Positions 1 through 9,540 of a stretch of DNA of 48,406 bases are shown here, piece after piece. The notes under the pieces are model-generated. The model saw only the letters and a list, made by a program, of their open reading frames with translations, did no database searches and was not told the DNA's origin. The number at the start of each line of letters is the position of its first letter. The stretch's first letter is position 1. Location of the stretch: contig JBAXKK010000008.1 in NCBI GenBank assembly GCA_037137395.1, positions 1 to 48,406 of the forward strand, read 5' to 3'. The stretch is from Elusimicrobiota bacterium. GTDB lineage: Bacteria > Elusimicrobiota > Elusimicrobia > Elusimicrobiales > UBA9959. The position numbers and the translations under genes were made by a program.

Positions 1-225
1 CCCGTAGAACGCGCCGACCGACACCGCAAACACCGCGACCGCTGGACGCGAACCGGGGGAAACCGCGCCGGGGTCCGGGGGCTAAGCCCCGCGACCCGAT
101 ACCGCCCGGGTGCCGTCAGGGCCTTGCCCTCGAACGGCCAACCCGCGCACTGAGAGATCCCGACCGACTCCGCCCGGGACCATCTCCACCACACTGCCGG
201 CGCATTTATAAAGAGCAAGACTACA
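1..225 (-). other. Structured 5' leader of a probable rRNA operon (runs off the left edge)
   Basis: Lies downstream of a near-consensus promoter and a boxA. It is GC-rich, has several hairpins (e.g. GGGTC-CGGGG...CCCCG-C-GACCC at about 71-97) and has no credible ORF. No 16S sequence lies inside the window. Confidence 0.6.
205..217 (-). promoter_or_regulatory. boxA antitermination element
   Basis: Minus strand reads TGCTCTTTATAAA, against the rrn boxA consensus TGCTCTTTAACA, just after the predicted TSS. Confidence 0.7.
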
Positions 226-230
226 TAACG

Positions 231-259
231 AGTATAACAGACGCTTGTTGACTTGTCAA
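231..259 (-). promoter_or_regulatory. Strong sigma70 promoter with AT-rich UP-like region upstream
   Basis: TTGACA (254-259), 17 bp spacer, TATACT (231-236); A/T tracts at about 265-304. Confidence 0.85.
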
Positions 260-336
260 GGGGTAATTTCAAAAAAATTTTAAAATGCTTTAAAAAATAT
301 TTTTCGGACGCCGCCCCGTCGGGCAGCGTTCTGATT

Positions 337-2199
337 TTATGGCCGCCCCGATATAATATCCAGAAAGAGCCGGCCGTATTTTTCCAGCTTCTTGTCTCCA
401 ATTCCCTTTATGCCGCTAAGGTCTTCAAGAGTTTGCGGCTTTGAAGCGGCCATCTCTATAAGCACACTGTCGTGAAAGATAATATAAGGCGGTATGCCGG
501 CCTTGTCCGCGATACCCCGGCGCAGCGCGCGCAATTTTTCAAACAGCTCCTCGTCAGCCGGCAAAAAGCCGGACGCCGCCCTTTTAAGAGCCTTGGATTT
601 CTTTTTGCCTTTCACTTTGGGCGGGACCGGCATACCCAGAAGGACCGAGCCGCGGCCATTACACAGACCGCGCCCGGCTTCCGTGATGCGCAGCAGCGGA
701 TATTCCCCGTCTTCAGTCACCTCAAGAAAATCCTGCACTACAAGCTGGTCTATCCAGGAGCGGATGGAGGCTTCGCCGGAATCTTTAAGAAGACCGAAAA
801 CCTGAAGTTTATCGTGGCCGTTGCCCGCCATGCGGTCATTCACGCGGCCAAGGAGCAAATTCACCACGTAGCCTGTGCCGTAGCGGCCCTCGGCGCGCCA
901 GGCGGCGCTTAAAACTTTTTTAGCCGTCAGCAAAGCCTCTTCTTCGGACAGGCCCTTGGTTTCGCCAAGGCAGACATCACAGGCGCCGCACCCGTGTCCC
1001 GCGGCGTCCGCTAAAACGCCGGCTTCGGCGGGTGCGGTTTGGGCCGGGTAAAGCGCGCCGAAATGTTCGGTCAGCAGGCGGTGGCGGCACAAAGGTGAAA
1101 CCGCGTAGCGGCCTATATCGCGCAACTGCCGCTCTATGGCGCGCTCGCGCTCGGGGGTAAGATCAGCGTCTTTTTTTGCCAGATACCTGTGCGTCGCCAG
1201 ATCCGAAGCCGCGAAGAAAAGCGCGCACTCGGCGGGCAGGCCGTCGCGGCCGGCGCGGCCCGACTCCTGCTGATAATGCTCCACCGAACGCGGCGTATTG
1301 GCGTGGATGACATACCGGACATTTGACCGGTCTATGCCCATGCCGAAGGCTATAGTAGCCACGATAACATCCAGCCGCTCATTGACAAAATCGTCCTGGG
1401 CGCGGCGGCGCTCCTCGGCGCTAAGCCCGGCGTGGTACGGCGCGCTGGACACGCCTTCCTCTTTCAGCTTCGCCGCCAAGCGTTCTACATCTTTGCGGGT
1501 TTGCGCGTAAACGATGCCGCCCTCTCCGGAATGGCGGCGCGCGACTTCCAGCACCTGCTTAAACTGGTCGCGGCGCGCGAAGGCGCGGTAAATAAGATTA
1601 GGCCGGTCAGGGTGGCCTATAAGTATTTCGGGCGAACGCAGGCCAAGCTGGGCGCGGATGTCGTCCTGAACTACCGGGGTCGCGGTGGCGGTAAGGGCCA
1701 TGCGGGCGGCTTTGGGGAATTGATCCAGCGCTTCCGTCAGGCGCCGGTACTCGGGGCGGAACTCATGGCCCCAATGGGAAACGCAATGGGCCTCGTCCAC
1801 GGCCACAAGCATCAACCGCCCGGAAATTTCGTTTAAGATATCGCCGGCAAGCAGCCGCTCCGGACTCACGTAAAGAAGCTGGGTTTTGCCCTCAGCCAGC
1901 CGCTTCCAGGCCGCGCCCCGGTGAGCGGCTTTCAAATTAGAATGGAGCGCGTCGGCTTCAAGGCCGGCCTCGCGCGCGGCGGCCACCTGATCGTCCATCA
2001 GGGCGATAAGCGGGGAAACCACCAGCACCAGGCCTTTACCCATAGCCGCCGGCATTTGATAGCACAGGCTTTTGCCCCCGCCGGTGGGCAATACCACAAG
2101 GCAGTCCCGCCCGGCCAGCGCGGCCTCGATAGCCTCTTTCTGCAGGGGCTTGAAAGTGTCGTACCCCCACCTCTTTTTCAATATCTCTTCAGGTTTCAT
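337..2199 (-). CDS. recQ: ATP-dependent DNA helicase RecQ
   Basis: PTGGGKS, DEAHCVSHWGHEFRP, LTATAT, ATIAFGMGID, QESGRAGRDG, Zn-binding Cys cluster, RQC and C-terminal HRDC domain. Confidence 0.97.
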   Translation of the reverse strand: MKPEEILKKRWGYDTFKPLQKEAIEAALAGRDCLVVLPTGGGKSLCYQMPAAMGKGLVLVVSPLIALMDDQVAAAREAGLEADALHSNLKAAHRGAAWKRLAEGKTQLLYVSPERLLAGDILNEISGRLMLVAVDEAHCVSHWGHEFRPEYRRLTEALDQFPKAARMALTATATPVVQDDIRAQLGLRSPEILIGHPDRPNLIYRAFARRDQFKQVLEVARRHSGEGGIVYAQTRKDVERLAAKLKEEGVSSAPYHAGLSAEERRRAQDDFVNERLDVIVATIAFGMGIDRSNVRYVIHANTPRSVEHYQQESGRAGRDGLPAECALFFAASDLATHRYLAKKDADLTPERERAIERQLRDIGRYAVSPLCRHRLLTEHFGALYPAQTAPAEAGVLADAAGHGCGACDVCLGETKGLSEEEALLTAKKVLSAAWRAEGRYGTGYVVNLLLGRVNDRMAGNGHDKLQVFGLLKDSGEASIRSWIDQLVVQDFLEVTEDGEYPLLRITEAGRGLCNGRGSVLLGMPVPPKVKGKKKSKALKRAASGFLPADEELFEKLRALRRGIADKAGIPPYIIFHDSVLIEMAASKPQTLEDLSGIKGIGDKKLEKYGRLFLDIISGRP

Positions 2200-2205
2200 T
2201 AGAAT

Positions 2206-2240
2206 AGTATGGCAGACGACCCCGACAGCGTTGTGTCGGG
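2206..2240 (-). promoter_or_regulatory. Palindromic TGTCGG-N10-(-10) promoter/operator of recQ
   Basis: Minus strand: CCGACA-caacgc-TGTCGG-ggtcgtctgc-CATACT-attcta-ATG. A near-identical copy lies at 9541-9577. Confidence 0.7.
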
Positions 2241-2342
2241 TTATTTCCCAGGAATTTTCAGTTTGTACAAATTTATGAAATCACAGCTGTCAGGTTAAAT
2301 TTGCTGATTGCATTCTGGTCAGGGCCGGGAGCGGGATCACCC

Positions 2343-5300
2343 TTACGCCGCACAGCTGTTTCCCGCTTCATATATTTTCAGCAGGTCGATATAGGCGATC
2401 AGGCCTTTTGCCGGCTTGCCGTACACCTCGGAGATTATGGCCAGATAGTTTTTCATCTGGGCGGCGTATTTCGGGGTGTTTTCGCCGCCGGTTTTAAAGT
2501 CCACTACGGTTACGGCGTCTTTATCTATTATAACGCGGTCCATGCGGAACAGTGAGCCGTTTTTATCAATAAATTCTGCCTCGGTCAGTATGACGCGCCC
2601 TGGCTTTGAAGCGAATAATTCCAGCGCGCCGCGGCCCGTCAGTTCGGCCGCAAGGCAGTACGACAGGAAAGAAACAAGTGAAGAGACAATTTTTTTCTCA
2701 TCAAACTTAAAAGGATACTTCGGCGCGTAAGTTGAAAACAATATTGACAGTGCGGCGCGCAGATTTGCTTGCGCGGGGTCGGCGGAATTTTGCCTGTGCC
2801 CAGCATTTTGCGGCTGATCCCCCCCTGCCGCGCTGTCTTGCTGCCGCGCTGCCGAGCTGTCTGACCCAATATTCGCCAGTATATCGTGACAAAGCTTGCC
2901 TTCGGCGGTTTCAAAAAAGCCTGAATATGTCGGTTTCAGCGCGTCAAAGCGCTGTTCAACGCGCCCTTCTGCGGAAGATATCTCAACAGGCCTTGAAACC
3001 ACGCGGCGCCCGGGTTTACAAGCTTCGAACTTACCCGCTTCAAAAGTTTCAAAGAGGTCCAGAAGCTTTGGCTCTTTGGCCTCGGTCTTGCGGACTTTTT
3101 TTATTATGAGATTGTAAAGTTCATGGCGGGCGCGAGTGGAAATAACATAGAGGATGTTCAAGTCCTGCACGCGCCCGTCGGTTTTGCTACCTTCGTAAAC
3201 AGGCCTAAGTTTTGCCGATACCTCGGCCGCGGCCTTGGTTATGTGGTAGACGTGTATTTCGCCGTCCCTCTCCTCAAAATACATGGGGTCCGATCTGTCC
3301 TGCTCGTCATACATCAAATTTATCACCACGGAGAAGCCCAGCCCCTTGGACTTGTGGAAGGTCATAACGCGCACCGCGTCCATGTATTCCGGCAAGGCTA
3401 TGGAGAAAACGGCTTCCTTATCCTCGTCGGCGCCGGAAGCGTATTCGATAAAAGCGCGGGAGCTGGTCACGCCAGACTCCTCCAGAGAACTGACCGCGTC
3501 CATAAAGCGCGACAGGAAGGCGGCCTCATCCGGAAAATTATCAAAGAGCTTGAAATTGCCATAAACAAGCGCGACCAGTTCGTAGAGCGGCAGATGGCCA
3601 ACCTTGCGGAAAGGCTCGTCCAGATATTTATCCCAATATTCCTTATATTCAGCGTGATTCCGGAAAGCCGCGTAAAGCAGATGGTCGGATGATCGCTCGC
3701 CCGGCAGAGCGGCGCGGCATTCAAATATAAACCGCAGCATCTCCTCACGCTTCAGGCCGGTTAATTTAGTAAAAATATCACCGGTGATAAAGGCGGTGAA
3801 CGAGAGATCATCAGACGGAGTTTCCAGAAACTTAAGACAGGCGATAAGCTCCGCCACTATTTTGCGCTTGCGGATATCAAGCGAGCTGAGCGAAGCCACG
3901 GGAATATCGGCCCCGGTCAGCCATTCAACCACCGGCTCTATGCGCTTATTTTTGGCCACCAGAATGGCGATCTCGTTTAGCGGGTAGCGCTCACGCGCGC
4001 TTTGCACAGCCTTCAGCAGCCATTCCTTCTGCTGCTCCGGCTCGGACATATCTTCCAGCGTCAGCACCTCGTTTTTAACATAGCCATGCTTAAGCCGCTC
4101 CGGCCGGACCGACTGGGAATAGGTGGTAAGCTCGGTAATATCCTCCCCTATCAGCTCCGGCACGCTCTTGAGCTTTTCCTTAAAAAGCCCGTTTACATAA
4201 TTTAAGATCTCACCGTCTGAGCGGTAATTGACCGGCAGATTGACATATTTCAACTCGCCGTTCAGCGGCTCGAGCGAAATATGCGCGGCCTCGGCCTTTT
4301 TACCTTCAGCCTTATCCAGAAAGTCGCGCATTATCTTGTAGTCAGCGTTGCGGAACATGTAGATGGCCTGCTTAATATCCCCCACCACGAAAAGCGAACC
4401 CCTCTTGGCGATGGCCTCCTCCGCCAGCGGACGGATGACATCCCACTGCAGGCGGTTGGTATCCTGAAATTCATCAATCAAAAAATGTGAAATGCGCTCG
4501 CCCAACTTAAGGTATATCTCAGGCACATTATCTTCTTTTATGTAGGCCGAGAGTTTCTTGGCTATGTCATTTATGTGGATGATGTCCGTCTTGCCGCGCT
4601 TTACGCGCTCCAATTCCGCCTTAAACCTGTCATAAATGCCCACATACGGATGATAATAAGCCGCGGCGTTCAGCTCGGTGAGTTCTATAACCAGCTCGTT
4701 AAGCGCGTCAATATCCTTTTGCCAGGTAGCGGGGAAGTTTTTCTTTTTGGTGCCGTTGAGGATGCCGTAGGTAAAACTGTAGCCGGCGAGAAAATCAATG
4801 AGATTCGCGTTGTCGATGGCGGCGGAAACCTTGCCTTTAAAAAGTTCCGGCTTCTTGTAATGCTTCATGAGGCCGGCGCAGTATTTAAGCGTCTCCGCGA
4901 ATTTGGCCTTTAAAACGACCTCATAATCGCCGTGAAAACCTGAGATAACGCCGGCGGTTTTGCCCTCCTGATTAAGGAAGCTGTTAAAGTTCTCTTTTAC
5001 GCGCTGGGCCGGGTTCCAGGGGTAGGAACCGGTCTTGGGCAGCACGGCCAGGAATTTATCGACGGTATCAGAAGGCAGGTCAGTCTTGCCGATGCGGGCG
5101 AACATGGAGTAAAGCGCCAGATCTATGAGTATATCGTAAGCCATGGTGATCCGGGGATTAAGCGGAAGCTTCAGTTCGTCCACCGAGGCGGTCATGATCC
5201 TGGCCAGAAAGCTGTCTATGGTTTGTATGTGGAAATCCGAATAATTGTTTATCACCCGCTCAACCAGGTCACGCGCGCGCCCATGGATCTCGTCCCTGGA

Positions 5301-5588
5301 AAGCGAAACCAGCTCCAGCGTCTCTTCCATTTTTTCGCAGTTTTTATCCAGCGCCAGCGCTTTAAGCCAGGCGAGGATGCGCGACTTCATCTCTTTGGCG
5401 GCGTTATTGGTGAAGGTGACGGCCAGAATACCGGAGAGATTATTGTTGGGGACTTTTTCCGAAAGCAGAAATTGCACATAGCGCTGTGCTAAAGTGTAGG
5501 TTTTGCCGGAGCCGGCCGAGGCGCTGATAAGCAGCGCGTGCGGAAACTTAAGCGCCGTGTCCTTGTCTAGAACAGATTTGGAAATCAT
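2343..5588 (-). CDS. addA: UvrD-family helicase with C-terminal PD-(D/E)xK nuclease (AddA/RecB type)
   Basis: ASAGSGKT, VTFTNNAA, IDEFQDT, VGDIKQAIY, NYRS, MTFHKSKGL, TRAR; nuclease motif RMDRV...VDFKTG...QMKNY. Confidence 0.9.
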   Translation of the reverse strand: MISKSVLDKDTALKFPHALLISASAGSGKTYTLAQRYVQFLLSEKVPNNNLSGILAVTFTNNAAKEMKSRILAWLKALALDKNCEKMEETLELVSLSRDEIHGRARDLVERVINNYSDFHIQTIDSFLARIMTASVDELKLPLNPRITMAYDILIDLALYSMFARIGKTDLPSDTVDKFLAVLPKTGSYPWNPAQRVKENFNSFLNQEGKTAGVISGFHGDYEVVLKAKFAETLKYCAGLMKHYKKPELFKGKVSAAIDNANLIDFLAGYSFTYGILNGTKKKNFPATWQKDIDALNELVIELTELNAAAYYHPYVGIYDRFKAELERVKRGKTDIIHINDIAKKLSAYIKEDNVPEIYLKLGERISHFLIDEFQDTNRLQWDVIRPLAEEAIAKRGSLFVVGDIKQAIYMFRNADYKIMRDFLDKAEGKKAEAAHISLEPLNGELKYVNLPVNYRSDGEILNYVNGLFKEKLKSVPELIGEDITELTTYSQSVRPERLKHGYVKNEVLTLEDMSEPEQQKEWLLKAVQSARERYPLNEIAILVAKNKRIEPVVEWLTGADIPVASLSSLDIRKRKIVAELIACLKFLETPSDDLSFTAFITGDIFTKLTGLKREEMLRFIFECRAALPGERSSDHLLYAAFRNHAEYKEYWDKYLDEPFRKVGHLPLYELVALVYGNFKLFDNFPDEAAFLSRFMDAVSSLEESGVTSSRAFIEYASGADEDKEAVFSIALPEYMDAVRVMTFHKSKGLGFSVVINLMYDEQDRSDPMYFEERDGEIHVYHITKAAAEVSAKLRPVYEGSKTDGRVQDLNILYVISTRARHELYNLIIKKVRKTEAKEPKLLDLFETFEAGKFEACKPGRRVVSRPVEISSAEGRVEQRFDALKPTYSGFFETAEGKLCHDILANIGSDSSAARQQDSAAGGDQPQNAGHRQNSADPAQANLRAALSILFSTYAPKYPFKFDEKKIVSSLVSFLSYCLAAELTGRGALELFASKPGRVILTEAEFIDKNGSLFRMDRVIIDKDAVTVVDFKTGGENTPKYAAQMKNYLAIISEVYGKPAKGLIAYIDLLKIYEAGNSCAA
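2640..2864. repeat. Two oppositely oriented octamer arrays inside addA
   Basis: CAG-type units at 2640-2671 (cagttcgg ccgcaagg cagtacga caggaaag) and CTG-type units at 2825-2864 (ctgccgcg ctgtcttg ctgccgcg ctgccgag ctgtctga). Confidence 0.7.
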
Positions 5589-5603
5589 AAATAGATGCTG
5601 ATT

Positions 5604-6974
5604 TTATTCCAAGCCGGCAGTCTTTTCCGTAAGTTCGGCGGGAAGCGCCTTTTTTGCCTTGGCGCCCAGCTCTTTCAGATCTTCAAAGCGCTTGACCAGA
5701 TTGCCGGTGCCGTCAGTCAGCTTGTTCATAGCGTCGTCGCACGATTTCTGCGCGCTTTCCACGCTTCTTGACACATTTTTAAAATCTTCCACGAAGCCGA
5801 CGAACTTATCGTAAAGCGCGCCAGCCTGCCGGGCTATCTCCATGGCGTTGCGGGTCTGCTTTTCCTGGTCCCAGATATGCGAGACCGTCCGGAACACCGG
5901 CAGAATGGTGGACGGAGTCACGATCATTATCTTCTTTTCCAGCGCGAATTTTAAAAGATTTTTATTGTCCTTGCGCGCCTCCTCAAGCGCCAGCAGATAG
6001 GCGGCTTCAAGCGGCATGAACATAAGCACGAAGTCCAGGCTGTTTATGCCGTGCAGGCTCTGATAATCCTTGGAGCTCAGGCCCTTGATGTGGTTCTCCA
6101 CCGCCTCCAGATGCCTGGCGGCGGCATTAGCCCTGACCGCGTCGTCGGAGGTGTTGAAGTATTCCGAATAAGCCGTCAGATTGACCTTGGAATCAACGAC
6201 CAGGTCTTTTTTTGAAGGCATCCTGACGATGATATCGGGCTGTTTATCTTCTTTTTCTTCGCCCGCTTCCATGAATTTTTTCTGCACCAGAAAATGTTCG
6301 CCCTGCTTAAGCCCCATCAGCTCCAGCGTTTCCTGCAGAACGACTTCGCCCCAGGTGCCCTGAAACTTGGCTTTACCCTTCAAAGCGTTGGTGAGATTGG
6401 TCGTATCCTGGGTTACTTTATTATTGAGTTCCGTAAGGGCCTTTATCTGTTCCATTAACGAGGCGGAATGCCTTGAATCCTCGCTGTGGATCTGGTTGAC
6501 ACGGGTCTCAAAAGCGCTGAGTTTTTCTTTAAGCGGCGTCAGTATGGCCGAAATGCTCTCGCGGCCCTGCTCGGAAAACTTTTTGGTCTTCTCGTCCAAT
6601 ATCCGGTTGGCCAGATTCTCAAAATCCGAAGCCATTTTCTTCTGAAGGGATTCAAACTCAGTTTTTTCCTCAGCCCATCTCTTGGAAGCGGAGGACAGTT
6701 CCGCCTTCCTTGAGGCCAGGTCCGAGTCCAGGCGCCTTACTTCAGCGCGCTCCGCGGCAAGCTCGCTCTCAAATTTCTCAAGCGTCGTCTTAAGCATGGC
6801 GGCGGAACCTTCCGCTTTGGTTTTCTCTATAATGAGGCGGTCTTTTTCGGCCTTCAGCGCTTCAGCTTCCTCTTGGGTAAGCCCGGCGCCGCGGCTGACA
6901 AATTTATACTTCGCGTAGAACCAGGCGGCCAAAGCGCCGAGCAGGGCTCCCGCCAAAAATTTAAACACATCCAT
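5604..6974 (-). CDS. rmuC: DNA recombination protein RmuC
   Basis: N-terminal TM helix, coiled coil, QGTWGE, QPDIIVRMP, VVDSKV, DFVLMFMP.E, AGALYDKF; GGAGG RBS. Confidence 0.95.
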   Translation of the reverse strand: MDVFKFLAGALLGALAAWFYAKYKFVSRGAGLTQEEAEALKAEKDRLIIEKTKAEGSAAMLKTTLEKFESELAAERAEVRRLDSDLASRKAELSSASKRWAEEKTEFESLQKKMASDFENLANRILDEKTKKFSEQGRESISAILTPLKEKLSAFETRVNQIHSEDSRHSASLMEQIKALTELNNKVTQDTTNLTNALKGKAKFQGTWGEVVLQETLELMGLKQGEHFLVQKKFMEAGEEKEDKQPDIIVRMPSKKDLVVDSKVNLTAYSEYFNTSDDAVRANAAARHLEAVENHIKGLSSKDYQSLHGINSLDFVLMFMPLEAAYLLALEEARKDNKNLLKFALEKKIMIVTPSTILPVFRTVSHIWDQEKQTRNAMEIARQAGALYDKFVGFVEDFKNVSRSVESAQKSCDDAMNKLTDGTGNLVKRFEDLKELGAKAKKALPAELTEKTAGLE

Positions 6975-7000
6975 GTTTCCTCCGCTTTAAACTCAGTAAT

Positions 7001-7034
7001 ATTCTATAACCGCGCCGCGACAAACGCGTGACAG
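7001..7034 (-). promoter_or_regulatory. Degenerate TGTCG-N10-(-10) promoter of rmuC-addA
   Basis: Minus strand: CTGTCA-cgcgtt-TGTCGC-ggcgcggtta-TAGAAT, with the same spacing as the recQ and 9541 sites. Confidence 0.55.
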
Positions 7035-7053
7035 CGCAGCATCCCGGTATTAT

Positions 7054-7935
7054 TCACTTACCGCCGGACTTCCGCGAAAAATCTTCCATCTTGCCGAAAG
7101 TGTACCCTTTGGCCCGCAGGGCAGGAATGACCTTTTTCAACACCGCCACTTCATGCCACTTCGGGCGGTGAAAATGCATGATAACCACGGCGCCGGGCTT
7201 GGCACCTTTCAGGATATTGCGCGCCATAACCCTGACAGAACTGCGCATGGCGTCGCCGGACAAAATGTCGTAGCTGACCACTTTCATCCCGAGGGCTTCG
7301 GCCACCCGGGCGCTGGCTTCGTCAGTATAGGCTGTGGCCGAGCGGAAGAAAACAGGCCGCCGGCCAGTCAGCTCCGCTATCTTGCGGGCGTTGAGTTCCA
7401 TCTCATCAATCACATCGCCGATATTGCGGGTGGGAATGACGCCGTACATAGTCGCGCCGGTAATGGAACAGGTGCGATGCAGCAGGCCGTGATTTTCTAT
7501 TTCAAACAAAGGATCTTTAGACAAGTTTTTAAATGTTTCCATGTTCTTGTCTATCCAGAGGCCCGTGACGAACAGCGTGGCCGGGATTTTCTCATGGCGC
7601 AGATACTCTATCAACTTTGCGTTATAACCGCTGTGCCTGCCGCCGCAGGCGTCAAAAGTGAACGCTATAACTTTCTGTTTGGTATCCAGATCCTTCTTAA
7701 CATCTTTTACAAACTCGCCGAATTCTCCGGGCTTTGGGTCCTTAAATTGCTCCAGAATGCGGTTTTTGAGCGCCAGATAATCCGGCGTGTACAGGGATTT
7801 GAGGGTATTGGCGGGGTTGCCATTGCCTTTGGGTCGGGCAAGGACAGGCGAGGCCGGCATCAAAACGGATAAGACAATAAGCGCGAACGCTAAAAAACAA
7901 AACTTTCGCTGCTTATAAGATGTAGTTTGTGACAT
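7054..7935 (-). CDS. Exported polysaccharide deacetylase (NodB/CE4 family)
   Basis: Signal/TM segment; TFDAC, ENHGLLH, FFR, IMHFH motifs. Confidence 0.85.
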   Translation of the reverse strand: MSQTTSYKQRKFCFLAFALIVLSVLMPASPVLARPKGNGNPANTLKSLYTPDYLALKNRILEQFKDPKPGEFGEFVKDVKKDLDTKQKVIAFTFDACGGRHSGYNAKLIEYLRHEKIPATLFVTGLWIDKNMETFKNLSKDPLFEIENHGLLHRTCSITGATMYGVIPTRNIGDVIDEMELNARKIAELTGRRPVFFRSATAYTDEASARVAEALGMKVVSYDILSGDAMRSSVRVMARNILKGAKPGAVVIMHFHRPKWHEVAVLKKVIPALRAKGYTFGKMEDFSRKSGGK

Positions 7936-7947
7936 GTGGCTGAAGAG

Positions 7948-8340
7948 TCAGCGGCCGTTGCGAAGGCCCAGTGATTCGCGGACGGCCTTTCTGAACGCCC
8001 GGCAGATTTCCAGGGCTTCTGTGGCGGTTTTCTTGTCCGCGGATTCACCGGGGTAGCGGAATTTAACCGCGCATTCCGTGAGAATGGCCAAACCCCTGCG
8101 GAAAACTTCCCACATCGGTTCAGCAGGCTTGACAAGGTCCAGCAGTATGGTCAGGTCGTGCGTCTTTGGAAAACTAACGCCAGCCTCCGCAAGCCGGGCC
8201 TTCAGGTATTTCTCCACGCACTGTTCGGCGTGAAAACAGATGGCGTCGTTATTCCGGCGCACCCGGGCGCGGGATTCGCGTTCAACGGTGGCAAAATCGC
8301 CTTCGGCCTTGGCGACCCATTCAAGCGCTATGCGCTTCAT
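7948..8340 (-). CDS. HEPN domain protein (putative toxin partner)
   Basis: W..KAE.D, ICFHAEQCVEKYLKA, FPKTHDL, RYPG; overlaps the MNT gene. Confidence 0.9.
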   Translation of the reverse strand: MKRIALEWVAKAEGDFATVERESRARVRRNNDAICFHAEQCVEKYLKARLAEAGVSFPKTHDLTILLDLVKPAEPMWEVFRRGLAILTECAVKFRYPGESADKKTATEALEICRAFRKAVRESLGLRNGR

Positions 8341-8641
8341 AGAGGACCTTGCCCTTCTCCAGGATTTCTTTCATAAAACAGTCGCCCATAGCGATGCGCT
8401 TGCGCACAGACATGGGCGATCTGACTAATAAATCCAACGGAAAATCCGGATGTAATTTCAACCGCATCTCCACAGCTTTGTCGGTATCTTTGGCTTTGCC
8501 CCGGAGAATTACCAGCAGGTCCACGTCGGAATCGGGGCCGGGGTTCCCATATGCGTATGACCCGAAAAGTATGATTTGCCGGGGCTTGTATTCCTCGGCT
8601 ATCCTTTTGGAAAAATATCGTATATTCCGCATCGATGTCAT
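8321..8641 (-). CDS. Minimal nucleotidyltransferase (MNT, antitoxin type)
   Basis: ILFGSYAYG-x4-DSDVDLLV, DLLV, EILEKGKVLYE. Confidence 0.9.
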   Translation of the reverse strand: MTSMRNIRYFSKRIAEEYKPRQIILFGSYAYGNPGPDSDVDLLVILRGKAKDTDKAVEMRLKLHPDFPLDLLVRSPMSVRKRIAMGDCFMKEILEKGKVLYEAHSA

Positions 8642-8765
8642 ATCAATTCCTCGGAGTTATTTTACCATAGTTTGAGTTGATGATGGGCAAGCATAAATAG
8701 TTACACCCAAAAGGCTTATGCTGACTTTTTCACCAAGACTCCTGATACCTTTTCCATATAAAACA

Positions 8766-8791
8766 AAACCGCCGGGCTGCCCCGGCGGTTT
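8766..8791 (-). terminator. Intrinsic terminator after the 202-aa gene
   Basis: aaaccgccggg-ctgc-cccggcggttt with a T-rich tail on the minus strand. Confidence 0.8.
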
Positions 8792-8838
8792 ATGACTTGT
8801 TAGCAATTAGTCATTTAGTCATCAGCGTCCCCTGAAGT

Positions 8839-9447
8839 TTATTTAACCGGAGTCGGCCGCAACAAAGACTGAAGTTCTTTCCTTTTAGCTTTATAGGTAT
8901 CGACAAGCGCTTTCATGTCAGCCCGGAATTTAACCAAAGCCGTTTTATCCGGATTCCTTTTAGACAGCTCGGCCTTTTCATTCGCGGTGATAGCGGCCAG
9001 GTCATTTTTTTGCTGCGCCTCCAGATCCAACAGAGCCTTGTCGTACTGAGCGAGGCGGGCGCCGGAGCCCGGATTTATGCGGTCCATAATAGGGTATTTG
9101 GCGGACACATATTTGGCATGGACAGCATTTCTTTGGTTCCCTGCGGCATCCATATCGGTCTTATGTTTTTCGCCCAGGACACGAATCTGAGCCTGAAGGG
9201 CTTTCATCTGGTCCTGATACTTCTGCCTTGCGGGCTTAGCGGCGTCGTCCACCAGCTTTAATTCGGCCAGTTCTTTGTCATTCAACTCTTTCAGCTCCTT
9301 GAGCGCCTTGGCGCGGTCGCCCTGATCAACGCCCGACACACCCGGCGCCGCCGATTTAGCATCGCTCCCGGTAGTCGGGGGCTGCTGCGCCATGACGACC
9401 GCCGAAAAAGACGCGATTAATACCGTAAAAATTAAACTTTTTTTCAT
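8839..9447 (-). CDS. Secreted helical/coiled-coil hypothetical protein
   Basis: Sec signal (MKKSLIF...VMA), K/A/E/Q-rich helices, AGGAG RBS, own promoter and terminator. Confidence 0.8.
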   Translation of the reverse strand: MKKSLIFTVLIASFSAVVMAQQPPTTGSDAKSAAPGVSGVDQGDRAKALKELKELNDKELAELKLVDDAAKPARQKYQDQMKALQAQIRVLGEKHKTDMDAAGNQRNAVHAKYVSAKYPIMDRINPGSGARLAQYDKALLDLEAQQKNDLAAITANEKAELSKRNPDKTALVKFRADMKALVDTYKAKRKELQSLLRPTPVK

Positions 9448-9477
9448 TGCTATATTCTCCTATCAACCATTCCTCTC

Positions 9478-9506
9478 AATATAACATACCTATCCATTTC
9501 AGTCAA
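9478..9506 (-). promoter_or_regulatory. sigma70 promoter
   Basis: TTGACT-17 bp-TATATT upstream of the 9447 start. Confidence 0.7.
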
Positions 9507-9540
9507 TTCCCTGCAAAAGGCTCATGCGGTCTTTTCTACG

